From: Oscillospiraceae bacterium
GTDB lineage: Bacteria > Bacillota > Clostridia > Oscillospirales > Oscillospiraceae
Length of the DNA: 64,000 nt
Assembly: GCA_017409205.1 (NCBI GenBank)
Contig: JAFQTF010000026.1
Span: forward strand, 1,275 to 65,274
Direction of reading: 5' to 3'
Both the position numbers and the translations under genes were made by a program. The notes beneath the pieces were generated by a model, which worked only from the letters and a program-made list of their open reading frames with translations, did no database searches and was not told where the DNA came from. This document shows positions 19,452 through 29,054 of the stretch, piece by piece. Within the stretch, counting starts at the first letter, position 1. Every line of letters starts with the position of its first letter.

Positions 19452-20003
19452 ATGCGCGGGAAAAGTCATATCTGTCTGGGACAATACCTGATAAAGCACT
19501 ACATGCCGGATCTGCCCCGGAAACATGAACAGGCCTTTCTGCTGGGCTGTATCGAACCGGACAGAAACCCGGCTACATACCTGAAAGGTTCTCTGCGATG
19601 CCAGTGGCTCCGCGGCCACAATTACCGGAACGCCCGCAGATTTATCCGGCGGATCTCCCTTCGGCTGGAAGGAAAGAGGCGGCTGAACACACTGGATTAT
19701 TACACCCTCGGCAAGCTGATCCATTATACAGCAGATGCCTTTACCTATGCCCACAATGCCGATTTTCCGGAAAGCCTGTCTGACCACCGGGAATATGAGG
19801 CTGCGCTGCAAACCTACTTTCTCCGGTTTATGCAGGATGATCCCCAGGTGGACATTGCCCTGACGGGCAGCATTATGGAAGGCATCTCCCGGTATCACCG
19901 GGAATACAGCCAGGAAGCAGGCAACATTCGCCGGGACTGCCGCTATGCCCTCCGGGCATGCTGCTGCGTGCTGGCATTGCTGATGACACCCAGGATCATT
20001 TAA
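19452..20003 (+). CDS. Zinc-dependent phospholipase C family protein
   Basis: N-terminal His, GCIEPD, H, HYTADAF..H, H..YE metal-ligand pattern. Confidence 0.78.
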   Translation: MRGKSHICLGQYLIKHYMPDLPRKHEQAFLLGCIEPDRNPATYLKGSLRCQWLRGHNYRNARRFIRRISLRLEGKRRLNTLDYYTLGKLIHYTADAFTYAHNADFPESLSDHREYEAALQTYFLRFMQDDPQVDIALTGSIMEGISRYHREYSQEAGNIRRDCRYALRACCCVLALLMTPRII

Positions 20004-20014
20004 GGGGGAACAAT

Positions 20015-20605
20015 ATGTATCGTCTGTTTCTCGCCGGGCTCGACGCAGCCGTTGCATCTATCCTTGTGATTCCTGTTTTTCTGATCCTGAACCGGTTTTA
20101 TTTTCACAACCGGAAGAAAACTGTTTTCTATACTGTCTTCGCCGTATATCTGGCAGGCGTATATCTGGTGGTGGGACTGCCCAGCGTGATCTACATTCGT
20201 TTTGAGCCCAATGTCAATCTCATTCCGTTTCTGGATATTTTCTCCAACCTGTCTGAAACGCTGCTTAATGTGATTCTGTTCCTTCCCCTCGGATTCCTTA
20301 CGACAGTACTGTGGAAACCCTTTCGCAATGCAAAGCAAAACATTCTGTTCGGTTTCTGCGTTTCCCTGGCGATTGAGATCCTTCAGATGTTCACCTTCCG
20401 TGCCACAGATGTTAACGATCTGATCACCAATACGCTGGGCAGCCTCATTGGCTGGTGCATAGGCAGTGTATTTTTAAAGCGCTTTCCCGGGACGTTATGT
20501 GATGGCAGAAAAGCAGATACCGCCATTGTTTTCAGTGCGGTTTTTGGCATCATGTTTTTCATCCATCCTTTTATCGCCCCACTGATCTGGGATCTATTTT
20601 ATTAA
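20015..20605 (+). CDS. VanZ family membrane protein
   Basis: NLIPF..NVILFLPLG..IEILQ..RATDVNDLITNTLG. Confidence 0.88.
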   Translation: MYRLFLAGLDAAVASILVIPVFLILNRFYFHNRKKTVFYTVFAVYLAGVYLVVGLPSVIYIRFEPNVNLIPFLDIFSNLSETLLNVILFLPLGFLTTVLWKPFRNAKQNILFGFCVSLAIEILQMFTFRATDVNDLITNTLGSLIGWCIGSVFLKRFPGTLCDGRKADTAIVFSAVFGIMFFIHPFIAPLIWDLFY

Positions 20606-20639
20606 AAACAAGCGGTATCTAATGATACCGCTTGTTTTT
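20604..20639. terminator. Bidirectional intrinsic terminator
   Basis: aaaaacaagcggtatc-taat-gataccgcttgttttt. Confidence 0.85.
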
Positions 20640-22779
20640 ATGTCAGATAGGTGATTTTTGCCGCGGAGCCGAAGGTCCTGGGGGTGTGGATGCTGTCAAA
20701 CTGAACGATGATCCCATCGCAGCCTCTGGGGATACCGATGACACTGCCCTCGCCGAACACAGGATGCAGGATTCGCTTTCCTACAGCCTCATTGGGACGG
20801 GCTGCAGACGCATCCATGGTTTCCGTTTTCCGGATCTGCTCCATGGCCCGTTCTTCCAGCTCCGGATCCAGAGGCACGGCATATTCCACATTTTCCTTTT
20901 CCGCGTTGAACAGAAACCGGCTGGGATACCGAAAAGAACCGTCATAATTGCTGCCCGCCGCATCGGAAAGAAACAGCCGGTCCTGCGCACGGGTAAAGGC
21001 CACATAGCAGAGCCTGCGTTCCTCCTCCAGCTTTTCCCGGGTATTGGCCCGTTTCCCGGGGAATATGCCTTCAGAAAGCCCGCAGAGAAATACGGTGGGG
21101 AACTCCAGACCCTTGGCCGCATGAACGGTCATCAGTTTCACCGCCTCTGCTCTGGCGGTCTGGTCCATATTGGTAAACAGGGCCGCATGATCCAGATAAT
21201 TGCCCAGAGTAACCTCTTCTCCGGCTTTCCGCTGAAAATCATAGATGGCCTGCTTCAGCTCCGCCAGGTTGTCCAGCCGCTCCTCCTCGCCGCAGCTGCG
21301 GAGCATTTCCTCGTAGCCGCTCTCGCTGAGCACCCCGGCCAGCAGATCCGTCAGATCCATTCCATCGAAAATGGCCCGGTATTTTTCGATAAGCCGGACA
21401 TACTCCTTCGCACGGCTCCTCTGAAACAGTCTGGTGTCCAGACTGGCAGCCAGTGCGTCATACAAACTGCACCGGTGCAGCGCAGCATATTCCTTCAGCG
21501 CCGCAATCCGGGTACGTCCCACCCCCCGGCGGGGTTCATTCACTGTCCGCAGAAAGCTGATGTCATCTCCGGCGTAGATCATCCGCAGATAGCACAGAAC
21601 ATCCTTGATTTCCTTCCGTTTATAAAACTCCACACCGGAATACAGCACATAGGGGATCCTGTTCCGGATCAGAGACTCCTCCACCGTACGGGAAACATAA
21701 TGCGCCCGGTACAAAACTGCCATGGAAGACCAGCTTCTGCCGCCATCATGGAGAGCGCGCATATTGGCTGTCATCCAGTCCGCTTCCAGCTGTCCGGTTC
21801 TGGCGTGGAAATACAGGGGCTTCCGGGCATCGGGCCGTACTGCTGTCAGCTCCTTTTTCAGCCGCTGACGGTTTTTGTCGATGAGGGCATTGGAAGCCTT
21901 CAGGATCTGGGGTGCAGAACGGTAGTTGGTATTGAGGTAAATCGTTTTCACATTTTCATGGCGGCTGTCAAATTCCAGAATAAATTTCACATCCGCACCC
22001 CGCCAGGTATAAATAGTCTGGTCAGGATCGCCAACCACAAAAAGATTTTTATGATAGCCGGACAGGATATCCGCCAGAGCATACTGGTCTTTGTCAATAT
22101 CCTGAAATTCATCCACCATTACATATTCCAGCCGCTGCTGCCATTTTTCCCGGGTGTCCCTGTCCTGCTGGAGAATATACAGTACAAAATAGACCAGATC
22201 GTCAAAATCCAGCCCATAGCACTTCCGCTGCTCATAGAAATAACGGTACATCACCTTGTCCTTCAGCGTTGTAGCCTCTTCGGACAGCCGCAGCAGCTTT
22301 TCCGGCGCCCCGATCAGGTTCTTGACATACCCCCGGCCACCCTTGCGCCAGCCGATATGATCCACTGCATCCTTCACCGTCATATCCCGGCTGGTGATGC
22401 CCAGATCCTCAAATACCGTGCGCAGCATGGCTTCCTTATCCTCTTCATCCAGGACGATAAAAGTGGAGGGATACTGCACAACATGGCAGTCCTCTTTCAG
22501 CAGTCCCACGCAAAAGCCATGAAATGTGGTGATGCGGCCCAGATCCTGATCCGGCAGAGAACTGCGGATCCGTTTCTTCATCTCTGCCGCTGCTTTGTTG
22601 GTAAAGGTGACACAGAGGATATTGGCAGTGGAAATCCCCAGCTGCTCCACAAGATACAGATACCGGGCTGTCAGTGTTTTCGTTTTTCCGGAGCCGGCCC
22701 CGGCCACCACACGAACATACCCTTCTGTAGTGGTGGCCGCCTCCCGCTGCTGTGTATTCAGCTGCTGCAAATACTCCAT
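20638..22779 (-). CDS. UvrD/PcrA-family ATP-dependent DNA helicase
   Basis: AGAGSGKT, TFTNKAA, VDEFQD, GDPDQ, NYRS, HAAKGLEF, EERRL.YVA.TRA; GGAGG RBS before ATG 22779. Confidence 0.93.
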   Translation of the reverse strand: MEYLQQLNTQQREAATTTEGYVRVVAGAGSGKTKTLTARYLYLVEQLGISTANILCVTFTNKAAAEMKKRIRSSLPDQDLGRITTFHGFCVGLLKEDCHVVQYPSTFIVLDEEDKEAMLRTVFEDLGITSRDMTVKDAVDHIGWRKGGRGYVKNLIGAPEKLLRLSEEATTLKDKVMYRYFYEQRKCYGLDFDDLVYFVLYILQQDRDTREKWQQRLEYVMVDEFQDIDKDQYALADILSGYHKNLFVVGDPDQTIYTWRGADVKFILEFDSRHENVKTIYLNTNYRSAPQILKASNALIDKNRQRLKKELTAVRPDARKPLYFHARTGQLEADWMTANMRALHDGGRSWSSMAVLYRAHYVSRTVEESLIRNRIPYVLYSGVEFYKRKEIKDVLCYLRMIYAGDDISFLRTVNEPRRGVGRTRIAALKEYAALHRCSLYDALAASLDTRLFQRSRAKEYVRLIEKYRAIFDGMDLTDLLAGVLSESGYEEMLRSCGEEERLDNLAELKQAIYDFQRKAGEEVTLGNYLDHAALFTNMDQTARAEAVKLMTVHAAKGLEFPTVFLCGLSEGIFPGKRANTREKLEEERRLCYVAFTRAQDRLFLSDAAGSNYDGSFRYPSRFLFNAEKENVEYAVPLDPELEERAMEQIRKTETMDASAARPNEAVGKRILHPVFGEGSVIGIPRGCDGIIVQFDSIHTPRTFGSAAKITYLT

Positions 22780-22908
22780 AACCAAACCTCCCGTTTGAGA
22801 TATCCGAATCATATCAACTATTACGTCCAATAAACCGGGTATAAACTATTTGCGCATATTGTTTTTCTGTAGTAATATAACAAAAACCGTTTACAAGGAG
22901 GCTATGCC

Positions 22909-23682
22909 ATGTTTGACCAGCTGATTCACGAGCTTTCTGCTGTTCCGGAAATCGAAGCCATTGCTCTCGGCGGCTCCCGTGCGTCTTCCACTCACGACGC
23001 CAGATCTGACTATGATGTATATCTCTACTGCACCGGGCCAATCCACAGGGATGTTCGCCAAAAAATTCTGGAGAAATATTGCTGTTATATGGAGATCGGA
23101 AACCATTTCTGGGAACCGGAAGATGATTGTACACTGAAAAACGGAATCGACATTGACATCCTCTACCGCGATCTGGAGGGTTTTGTCCGGGATGTGGCAT
23201 CTGTCGTGGAGGAATTTCAGGCCAGAACCGGATACACCACCTGTATGTGGCATAACCTGAAAACCTGCAAAATCCTGTATGACCGCAATGGCAGACTACA
23301 GACTGCAAAGCAGCGCTTTGACATCCCCTATCCCCCCGCCCTGAAAGATTCCATCATTTCCAAAAACACAAAGCTTCTTCATGGAATGCTCCCCTCCTAT
23401 GACGGTCAGATCCGCAAAGCCGCCCAGCGGCAGGATCTTGTCAGCGTCAATCACCGGGTAGCCGCCTTTCTGGAATCCTACTTTGATGTTTTGTTTGCCC
23501 TGAACGAAGTGACACATCCCGGTGAAAAACGGCTGATGAAGCTTTGCCGTCAGATGTGCCCGATCCTGCCGGAACACTTCGAAGAGAATCTCCAGCAGCT
23601 GTTTTCCCACATGTTCCGGGATTCGGACGCTCTTTCCGAGGATTTGTCTGCCATTCTCGTAGAGCTGGAAAAAATTCTCTGA
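22909..23682 (+). CDS. Nucleotidyltransferase-fold protein (DUF4037-like)
   Basis: LGGSRA...SDYD nucleotidyltransferase motif; HPGEKR C-terminal pattern. Confidence 0.75.
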   Translation: MFDQLIHELSAVPEIEAIALGGSRASSTHDARSDYDVYLYCTGPIHRDVRQKILEKYCCYMEIGNHFWEPEDDCTLKNGIDIDILYRDLEGFVRDVASVVEEFQARTGYTTCMWHNLKTCKILYDRNGRLQTAKQRFDIPYPPALKDSIISKNTKLLHGMLPSYDGQIRKAAQRQDLVSVNHRVAAFLESYFDVLFALNEVTHPGEKRLMKLCRQMCPILPEHFEENLQQLFSHMFRDSDALSEDLSAILVELEKIL

Positions 23683-23697
23683 TTTTTGCCTTCCCTC

Positions 23698-23726
23698 TTG
23701 CAATATTCCACCCCACGTGGTATAAT
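23698..23726 (+). promoter_or_regulatory. SigmaA promoter of the aro operon leader
   Basis: TTGCAA-17-TATAAT with extended -10 TG. Confidence 0.8.
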
Positions 23727-23757
23727 GTCCGCAGCTACCGAACAAGGAGTCTTTCTC

Positions 23758-23826
23758 ATGACCAAGATGAGCACTGCTGCACAGTTCTACTTTGGCTACT
23801 ATTACTTTTTTAACCACAAAAAGTAA
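23758..23826 (+). CDS. Phe/Tyr-rich attenuator leader peptide MTKMSTAAQFYFGYYYFFNHKK (not in ORF track)
   Basis: AAGGAG RBS; 8 of 9 consecutive codons are Phe/Tyr; lies between the promoter and a terminator upstream of Phe/Tyr biosynthesis genes. Confidence 0.85.
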   Translation: MTKMSTAAQFYFGYYYFFNHKK

Positions 23827-23875
23827 TAGCAATTTGTGCTGCAGCCAGATTCGAAAGCTACAAAAGCATTTTCAG

Positions 23876-23910
23876 ACGCCGCACGAATTGACCGTGCGGC
23901 GTTATTTTTT
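23876..23910 (+). terminator. Attenuator terminator upstream of aroF
   Basis: acgccgcacg-aattgac-cgtgcggcgt followed by tatttttt, just before the aroF RBS. Confidence 0.85.
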
Positions 23911-23924
23911 CAGGAGATGATGTT

Positions 23925-24926
23925 ATGATCGCAGTATTGAAGCAGGGCACTACCACCGCCCAGACCCAGCACCTTGTGGCATGGCTGAAGAATATGAACC
24001 TGGACGTCCATATTTCCGAAGGCCAGCATGTTACCGTCCTCGGCCTCATCGGTGACACCAGCCGGGTGGATATGGATCTGCTGAAAAGCCTGGATATGGT
24101 AGAGACTGTCAAACGGGTCTCTGAGCCCTTCAAGCAGGCAAACCGGAAATTCCACCCCAAGGATACCATCATCGAGATCGGTGACATCCGTATTGGCGGC
24201 GGTTATTTTACCATCATTGCAGGCCCCTGCTCCGTGGAATCCGAAGAGCAGATCATCGAAGTGGCCCAGGCTGTCAAGGCCTCCGGCGCACACATCCTCC
24301 GGGGCGGCGCCTTCAAGCCCCGTACCTCCCCCTATGCCTTCCAGGGCATGAAGGGCGCCGGTATCGAACTGCTGCTGAAGGCCAGAGCCGCCACGGGCCT
24401 TCCCATCGTGACGGAGATCATGAACATCTCCACCCTGGATCTGTTTGCGGATGTGGATATCATTCAGGTGGGCGCCCGGAATATGCAGAACTTTGACCTG
24501 CTGAAGGAGCTGGGCAAGACTCAAAAGCCCATCCTTCTGAAGCGGGGACTTGCCAATACGCTGCAGGAACTGCTGATGAGCGCAGAATACATCATGAGCG
24601 AAGGCAATGAAAACATCATCCTCTGCGAGCGGGGTATTCGCACCTTTGAAACCTACACCCGGAACACCCTTGATCTTTCCGCTGTCACAGCGCTGCATGA
24701 GCTGTCCCATCTGCCTGTTGTGGTGGATCCCAGCCATGCCACCGGCAAGGCAAAGATGGTCTCCCCCATGGCCTGTGCCGCCACCGCCGCCGGTGCCGAT
24801 GGCATCATGATCGAAGTTCACAACAATCCTTCCTGCGCCCTCTGCGACGGCGCCCAGTCTCTGACGCCTCAGCAGTTTGATGAGGTCTGCCACAGAGTCA
24901 GAAAGATCCGTGAGGCCATCGTATGA
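23925..24926 (+). CDS. aroF: DAHP synthase (class I beta, N-terminal regulatory domain)
   Basis: IAGPCSVES, GGAFKPRTSPY, IQVGARNMQN, LKRG, DPSH. Confidence 0.96.
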   Translation: MIAVLKQGTTTAQTQHLVAWLKNMNLDVHISEGQHVTVLGLIGDTSRVDMDLLKSLDMVETVKRVSEPFKQANRKFHPKDTIIEIGDIRIGGGYFTIIAGPCSVESEEQIIEVAQAVKASGAHILRGGAFKPRTSPYAFQGMKGAGIELLLKARAATGLPIVTEIMNISTLDLFADVDIIQVGARNMQNFDLLKELGKTQKPILLKRGLANTLQELLMSAEYIMSEGNENIILCERGIRTFETYTRNTLDLSAVTALHELSHLPVVVDPSHATGKAKMVSPMACAATAAGADGIMIEVHNNPSCALCDGAQSLTPQQFDEVCHRVRKIREAIV

Positions 24927-25753
24927 CAGTTGGTATTCTCGGTCTCGGCCTCATCGGCGGTTCTCTTGCCAGAGCTTATGCCCTGGAGGGTCACACCGTA
25001 TATGCAGCAGAAAAAGATGACAGCATGCTGTCCTTTGCCATTCTGGCAGGTGCCGTCCACGGAAAGCTGGATGCAGATACCATCCCCGGATGTGACCTGA
25101 TCCTGCTGGCCATTTATCCCGACGGCAGCGCCTCCTGGCTGGAAGAAAATGCACCGCTGGTTTCCCCTTCTGCTCTGGTGCTGGACTGCTGCGGCATCAA
25201 ACAGGAGATCTGCCACCGGTGTTTCCCACTGGCGGAACACTACGGTTTTACCTTCGTTGGCGGCCATCCCATGGCCGGTTCTCAATTCTCCGGCTTCAAG
25301 TACAGCCGGGCAAACCTCTTTGACGGCGCCCCCATGGTGCTGGTGCCCCCGGTATTTGACAACATCGATCTTCTGGAGCGGGTGAAGCAAGCCATGGTGC
25401 CCTGTCACTTCGGCTCCTTCTCCGTGACCACTGCAGAGGATCACGACAAGAAAATCGCCTTTACCTCCCAGATGGCCCATATCGTCAGCAATGCCTACGT
25501 CAAATCCCCCACTGCGCTGGAACACAAGGGTTTCTCCGCCGGCAGCTACCGGGATTTGACCAGAGTTGCCTGGCTGAATCCTCAGATGTGGGCAGAGCTG
25601 TTTCTGGAGAACAGGGAAAATGTTTTGTTTGAACTGGAGCATTTCATCGGCAGCCTCACCGCTTATCGGGATGCCGTAGCCGCCGGCGATATGGCGGAGC
25701 TGGTTTCCCTGCTGGAAGAAGGCAAACAACGCAAGGAGGCGATAGACGGATGA
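24923..25753 (+). CDS. tyrA: Prephenate dehydrogenase
   Basis: GLGLIGGS Rossmann motif, GGHPMAG, HD, S.RDLTRVA. Confidence 0.93.
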   Translation: MTVGILGLGLIGGSLARAYALEGHTVYAAEKDDSMLSFAILAGAVHGKLDADTIPGCDLILLAIYPDGSASWLEENAPLVSPSALVLDCCGIKQEICHRCFPLAEHYGFTFVGGHPMAGSQFSGFKYSRANLFDGAPMVLVPPVFDNIDLLERVKQAMVPCHFGSFSVTTAEDHDKKIAFTSQMAHIVSNAYVKSPTALEHKGFSAGSYRDLTRVAWLNPQMWAELFLENRENVLFELEHFIGSLTAYRDAVAAGDMAELVSLLEEGKQRKEAIDG

Positions 25754-26784
25754 AAACCGTCACAGTCCGCGCATCCAAAACCTATGATATTCTCATCGGA
25801 AGCAATCTTCTGGCTTCCCTGGGCGTGGAGGCAAAAAAACTGGGAAAGGCCAAAAAGGTCTGCATCGTCTCAGAAACCAACGTCTGGCCCCTGTACGGCA
25901 TAGCTGCACAGGAAAGTCTGGAGGCAGCCGGCTTCGATACCGTCACTTTCGTTTTTCCCGCAGGGGAAGCCTCCAAAAACGGTATTACCTATCTGGAACT
26001 GCTGAATTTTCTTGCGGAAAGCCAGCTGACCCGCAGCGATCTCATCGTTGCTCTGGGTGGCGGCGTTGTGGGCGATCTGGCAGGCTTTGCCGCTGCCAGC
26101 TATCTGCGGGGCATCCGGTTTATTCAGGTTCCCACCACCCTGCTGGCCGCTGTGGATTCTTCCGTGGGTGGTAAAACTGCCATTGATCTTCCTGCCGGCA
26201 AAAACCTGGCTGGCGCCTTCTGCCAGCCCAGCCTGGTGCTGTGCGACACCGATACCCTCAACACCCTTTCCCGGGATGTTTTCCGGGACGGCTGTGCAGA
26301 GGTCATCAAATACGGTATCCTCTATGATCCCGACCTCTTCCGTCATCTGGAAGTCCGGGGTCCGGACTTCCACCGGGAGGCTGTTATAACCCGGTGCGTG
26401 GAGCTGAAGCGGGATGTGGTGATGGAAGATGAATTTGACACCGGTGCAAGAATGAAGCTGAACCTTGGCCACACCATCGGTCACGGCGTCGAAGCTAAAA
26501 GTAATTTCTCTGTCTCCCATGGCAAGGCTGTTGCCATCGGTACCGCCATCGTCAGCCGGGCATCCGGCTGTTGCGATGCAGAACGGATCCTGTCTGTTCT
26601 GCGGCAGTTCGATCTTCCCACGGACACGGAATATTCTGCTTCCGACCTGTATCGCTATACACTCTCTGACAAAAAACGCTCCGGCGGCACTGTTTCTCTG
26701 ATTATCCCCGAAAAAATCGGTCTTTGCCACATTGTCCCCACACCTGTGGAGCAGCTTTTATTCTTTATCGAGGCAGGTCTTTGA
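25750..26784 (+). CDS. aroB: 3-dehydroquinate synthase
   Basis: ALGGGVVGDLAGF, PTTLLA.VDSSVGGKT, LNLGHTIGH. Confidence 0.96.
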   Translation: MKTVTVRASKTYDILIGSNLLASLGVEAKKLGKAKKVCIVSETNVWPLYGIAAQESLEAAGFDTVTFVFPAGEASKNGITYLELLNFLAESQLTRSDLIVALGGGVVGDLAGFAAASYLRGIRFIQVPTTLLAAVDSSVGGKTAIDLPAGKNLAGAFCQPSLVLCDTDTLNTLSRDVFRDGCAEVIKYGILYDPDLFRHLEVRGPDFHREAVITRCVELKRDVVMEDEFDTGARMKLNLGHTIGHGVEAKSNFSVSHGKAVAIGTAIVSRASGCCDAERILSVLRQFDLPTDTEYSASDLYRYTLSDKKRSGGTVSLIIPEKIGLCHIVPTPVEQLLFFIEAGL

Positions 26785-26785
26785 T

Positions 26786-27982
26786 ATGGACATTACCATT
26801 CAGCCCCGAACTCTTCGGGGTGATATCGCCATCATTCCCTCCAAATCCCAGGCTCACCGGCTGCTGATCTGCGCTGCATTTTCAGACAAACCTACCCAGC
26901 TTCGGTGCTGTGAAACCAGTCGCGACATGGATGCCACAGCGGACTGCCTCCGGGCTCTGGGCGCGGAGATCCTCCGGACGGAAACCGGATACACAGTTCT
27001 CCCCACAACAGCTATCCCCAAGAAAGCAGTGCTGAACTGCTGTGAAAGCGGGTCTACCCTGCGGTTTATGCTTCCCGTTGCGGGCGCTCTTGGTGTGGAT
27101 GCAACCTTTCTGATGGAGGGCAGGCTTCCCCAACGCCCTCTTTCCCCACTGTGGGAAGAAATGGAGCGGATGGGCTGTACCCTGACCCGTCCCACAGAGT
27201 CTATACTCCAATGCCGCGGCAAGCTTCAGCAGGGTGCCTATTTTATCGACGGCAGTGTTTCCAGTCAGTTCATTACAGGTCTTCTGCTGGCGCTTTCCCT
27301 TATGGATGGGGAAAGCAGTCTGAATATCACAGGCAAAGTGGAATCCAGACCCTATATTGATCTGACCCGGCAGGTAATTGTCCTGTTTGGTGCCGATCCG
27401 GATCACCCCGGAACTGCCAGATTCCGATCTCCCGGCTATATTACCGTGGAAGGCGACTGGAGCAATGGTGCCTTCTTTCTGGCCGCCGATTATCTGGATA
27501 TTGACCCCGGACTGACCATTCACGGCCTGAATGAAAAGTCTGTTCAGGGTGACCGGGCAGCAGCCCACTGGATTCCACGGTTATGCAACGAAAACTGCAC
27601 CATCGATGCTGCGGATATTCCGGATTTGGTGCCCATTTTGTCGGTTACCGCCGCTGCAAAGCAGGGTGCAGTCTTTACCAATATCCGGCGTCTGCGGATC
27701 AAGGAATCCGACCGGGTTGCTTCCACCATCGCCATGATTCAAAATCTGGGCGGCAGAGCGGAAGCCACAGAGGATACCCTGACCATCTACGGAACCGGTC
27801 TTGTCGGCGGTACTGTGGATGCCGTGAATGACCACCGGATTGCCATGTCTGCTGCCATCGCATCTACCGTTTGCAGGAAACCTGTTACCATACTGGGCGC
27901 AGAATGCGTCAAAAAATCCTACCCCAAGTTCTGGGAAGAATTTTCCCGGTTAGGAGGAACCTATGAGCAGTACCTACGGTGA
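26786..27982 (+). CDS. aroA: 3-phosphoshikimate 1-carboxyvinyltransferase
   Basis: SKSQAHR, ESGSTLRF, SSQFITG, LRIKESDR, DHRIAM, KSYP. Confidence 0.95.
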   Translation: MDITIQPRTLRGDIAIIPSKSQAHRLLICAAFSDKPTQLRCCETSRDMDATADCLRALGAEILRTETGYTVLPTTAIPKKAVLNCCESGSTLRFMLPVAGALGVDATFLMEGRLPQRPLSPLWEEMERMGCTLTRPTESILQCRGKLQQGAYFIDGSVSSQFITGLLLALSLMDGESSLNITGKVESRPYIDLTRQVIVLFGADPDHPGTARFRSPGYITVEGDWSNGAFFLAADYLDIDPGLTIHGLNEKSVQGDRAAAHWIPRLCNENCTIDAADIPDLVPILSVTAAAKQGAVFTNIRRLRIKESDRVASTIAMIQNLGGRAEATEDTLTIYGTGLVGGTVDAVNDHRIAMSAAIASTVCRKPVTILGAECVKKSYPKFWEEFSRLGGTYEQYLR

Positions 27983-29054
27983 AAATTTAAAACTCTCTAT
28001 TTTTGGCCAGTCCCATGGCCCCGCCATCGGTATGGTCCTGGACGGTATTCCCGCAGGCCTGCCTGTAGATCCTGACAAGCTTCAGGAATTTCTGAACCGC
28101 CGGGCACCTGGTCAGAACAACTGGTCCACCCCCCGCCGGGAAGAGGACCGGCCCGAATTTTTAGGGGGTATTCTGGACGGCTACACCTGCGGCGCCCCCA
28201 TCGCCGCCATGATCCGCAACAAAAATACCCGTTCCGGAGACTATGAGAATCTCAAAGACTGTCCCCGGCCCGGACACGCCGACTATACCGCACAGGTCAA
28301 ATACGGTGGTTTTCAGGATGCCGCCGGCGGCGGTCACTTCTCCGGCCGGCTGACGGCTCCCCTGTGCATCGCAGGCGGACTGTGCAAACAGTGGCTCGAA
28401 GAATCAGGTATCCGCATCGGTGCAAAACTCCATTCTATCGGTACCGTAGGGGATGATGAATTTGATATGGTCCGTCCTCAACTGGATCAGCTGGATCCTG
28501 CCTTCCCGGTGCTGAATCAGAAAGCCGGGGAACAGATGAAAGATGTGATTCAATATGCAAAGGATCAGGGAGACAGTGTAGGCGGTATGATCACCTGTGC
28601 AATTACCGGACTGCCTGCAGGTCTGGGCGAACCCATGTTTGGCGGCGTGGAGAGTAAAATCGCACAGATCGTCTATGGTATTCCGGCTGTAAAAGAAGTC
28701 TCCTTTGGCTCCGGTTCCTATTGCTCGTTGATGTACGGAAGCCAAATCAACGACTGCTTTACCATGGAAAACGGAGAAATCCGTACACTGACAAATCACT
28801 GCGGCGGTATTCAGGGCGGCATCACCAATGGCATGCCCGTGGTCTTTACCGTAGCATTCAAGCCCACCCCCTCTGTTTCCCTTCCCCAGCAGAGCGTATC
28901 CCTTTCCAGGGGTGAGAACGCAACGCTGGAGATCAGAGGACGACACGATCCCTGCATCGTTCCCAGGGCCGTTCCCGTGGTGGAGGCAGCCGCAGCCATC
29001 GCCATCTACGACCTGATCCTCGGCAATACCCAGACTGACAGGAGGAAGCCATAA
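27963..29054 (+). CDS. aroC: Chorismate synthase
   Basis: FGQSHG, RPGHAD, GGITNGMP, KPTPS, GRHDPC. Confidence 0.96.
   Translation: MSSTYGENLKLSIFGQSHGPAIGMVLDGIPAGLPVDPDKLQEFLNRRAPGQNNWSTPRREEDRPEFLGGILDGYTCGAPIAAMIRNKNTRSGDYENLKDCPRPGHADYTAQVKYGGFQDAAGGGHFSGRLTAPLCIAGGLCKQWLEESGIRIGAKLHSIGTVGDDEFDMVRPQLDQLDPAFPVLNQKAGEQMKDVIQYAKDQGDSVGGMITCAITGLPAGLGEPMFGGVESKIAQIVYGIPAVKEVSFGSGSYCSLMYGSQINDCFTMENGEIRTLTNHCGGIQGGITNGMPVVFTVAFKPTPSVSLPQQSVSLSRGENATLEIRGRHDPCIVPRAVPVVEAAAAIAIYDLILGNTQTDRRKP

Noticed and set aside
23730-23920. T-box riboswitch upstream of the aro operon
   Set aside because: No GGTGGNACC T-box motif or stem I features visible; the leader peptide explains the region better
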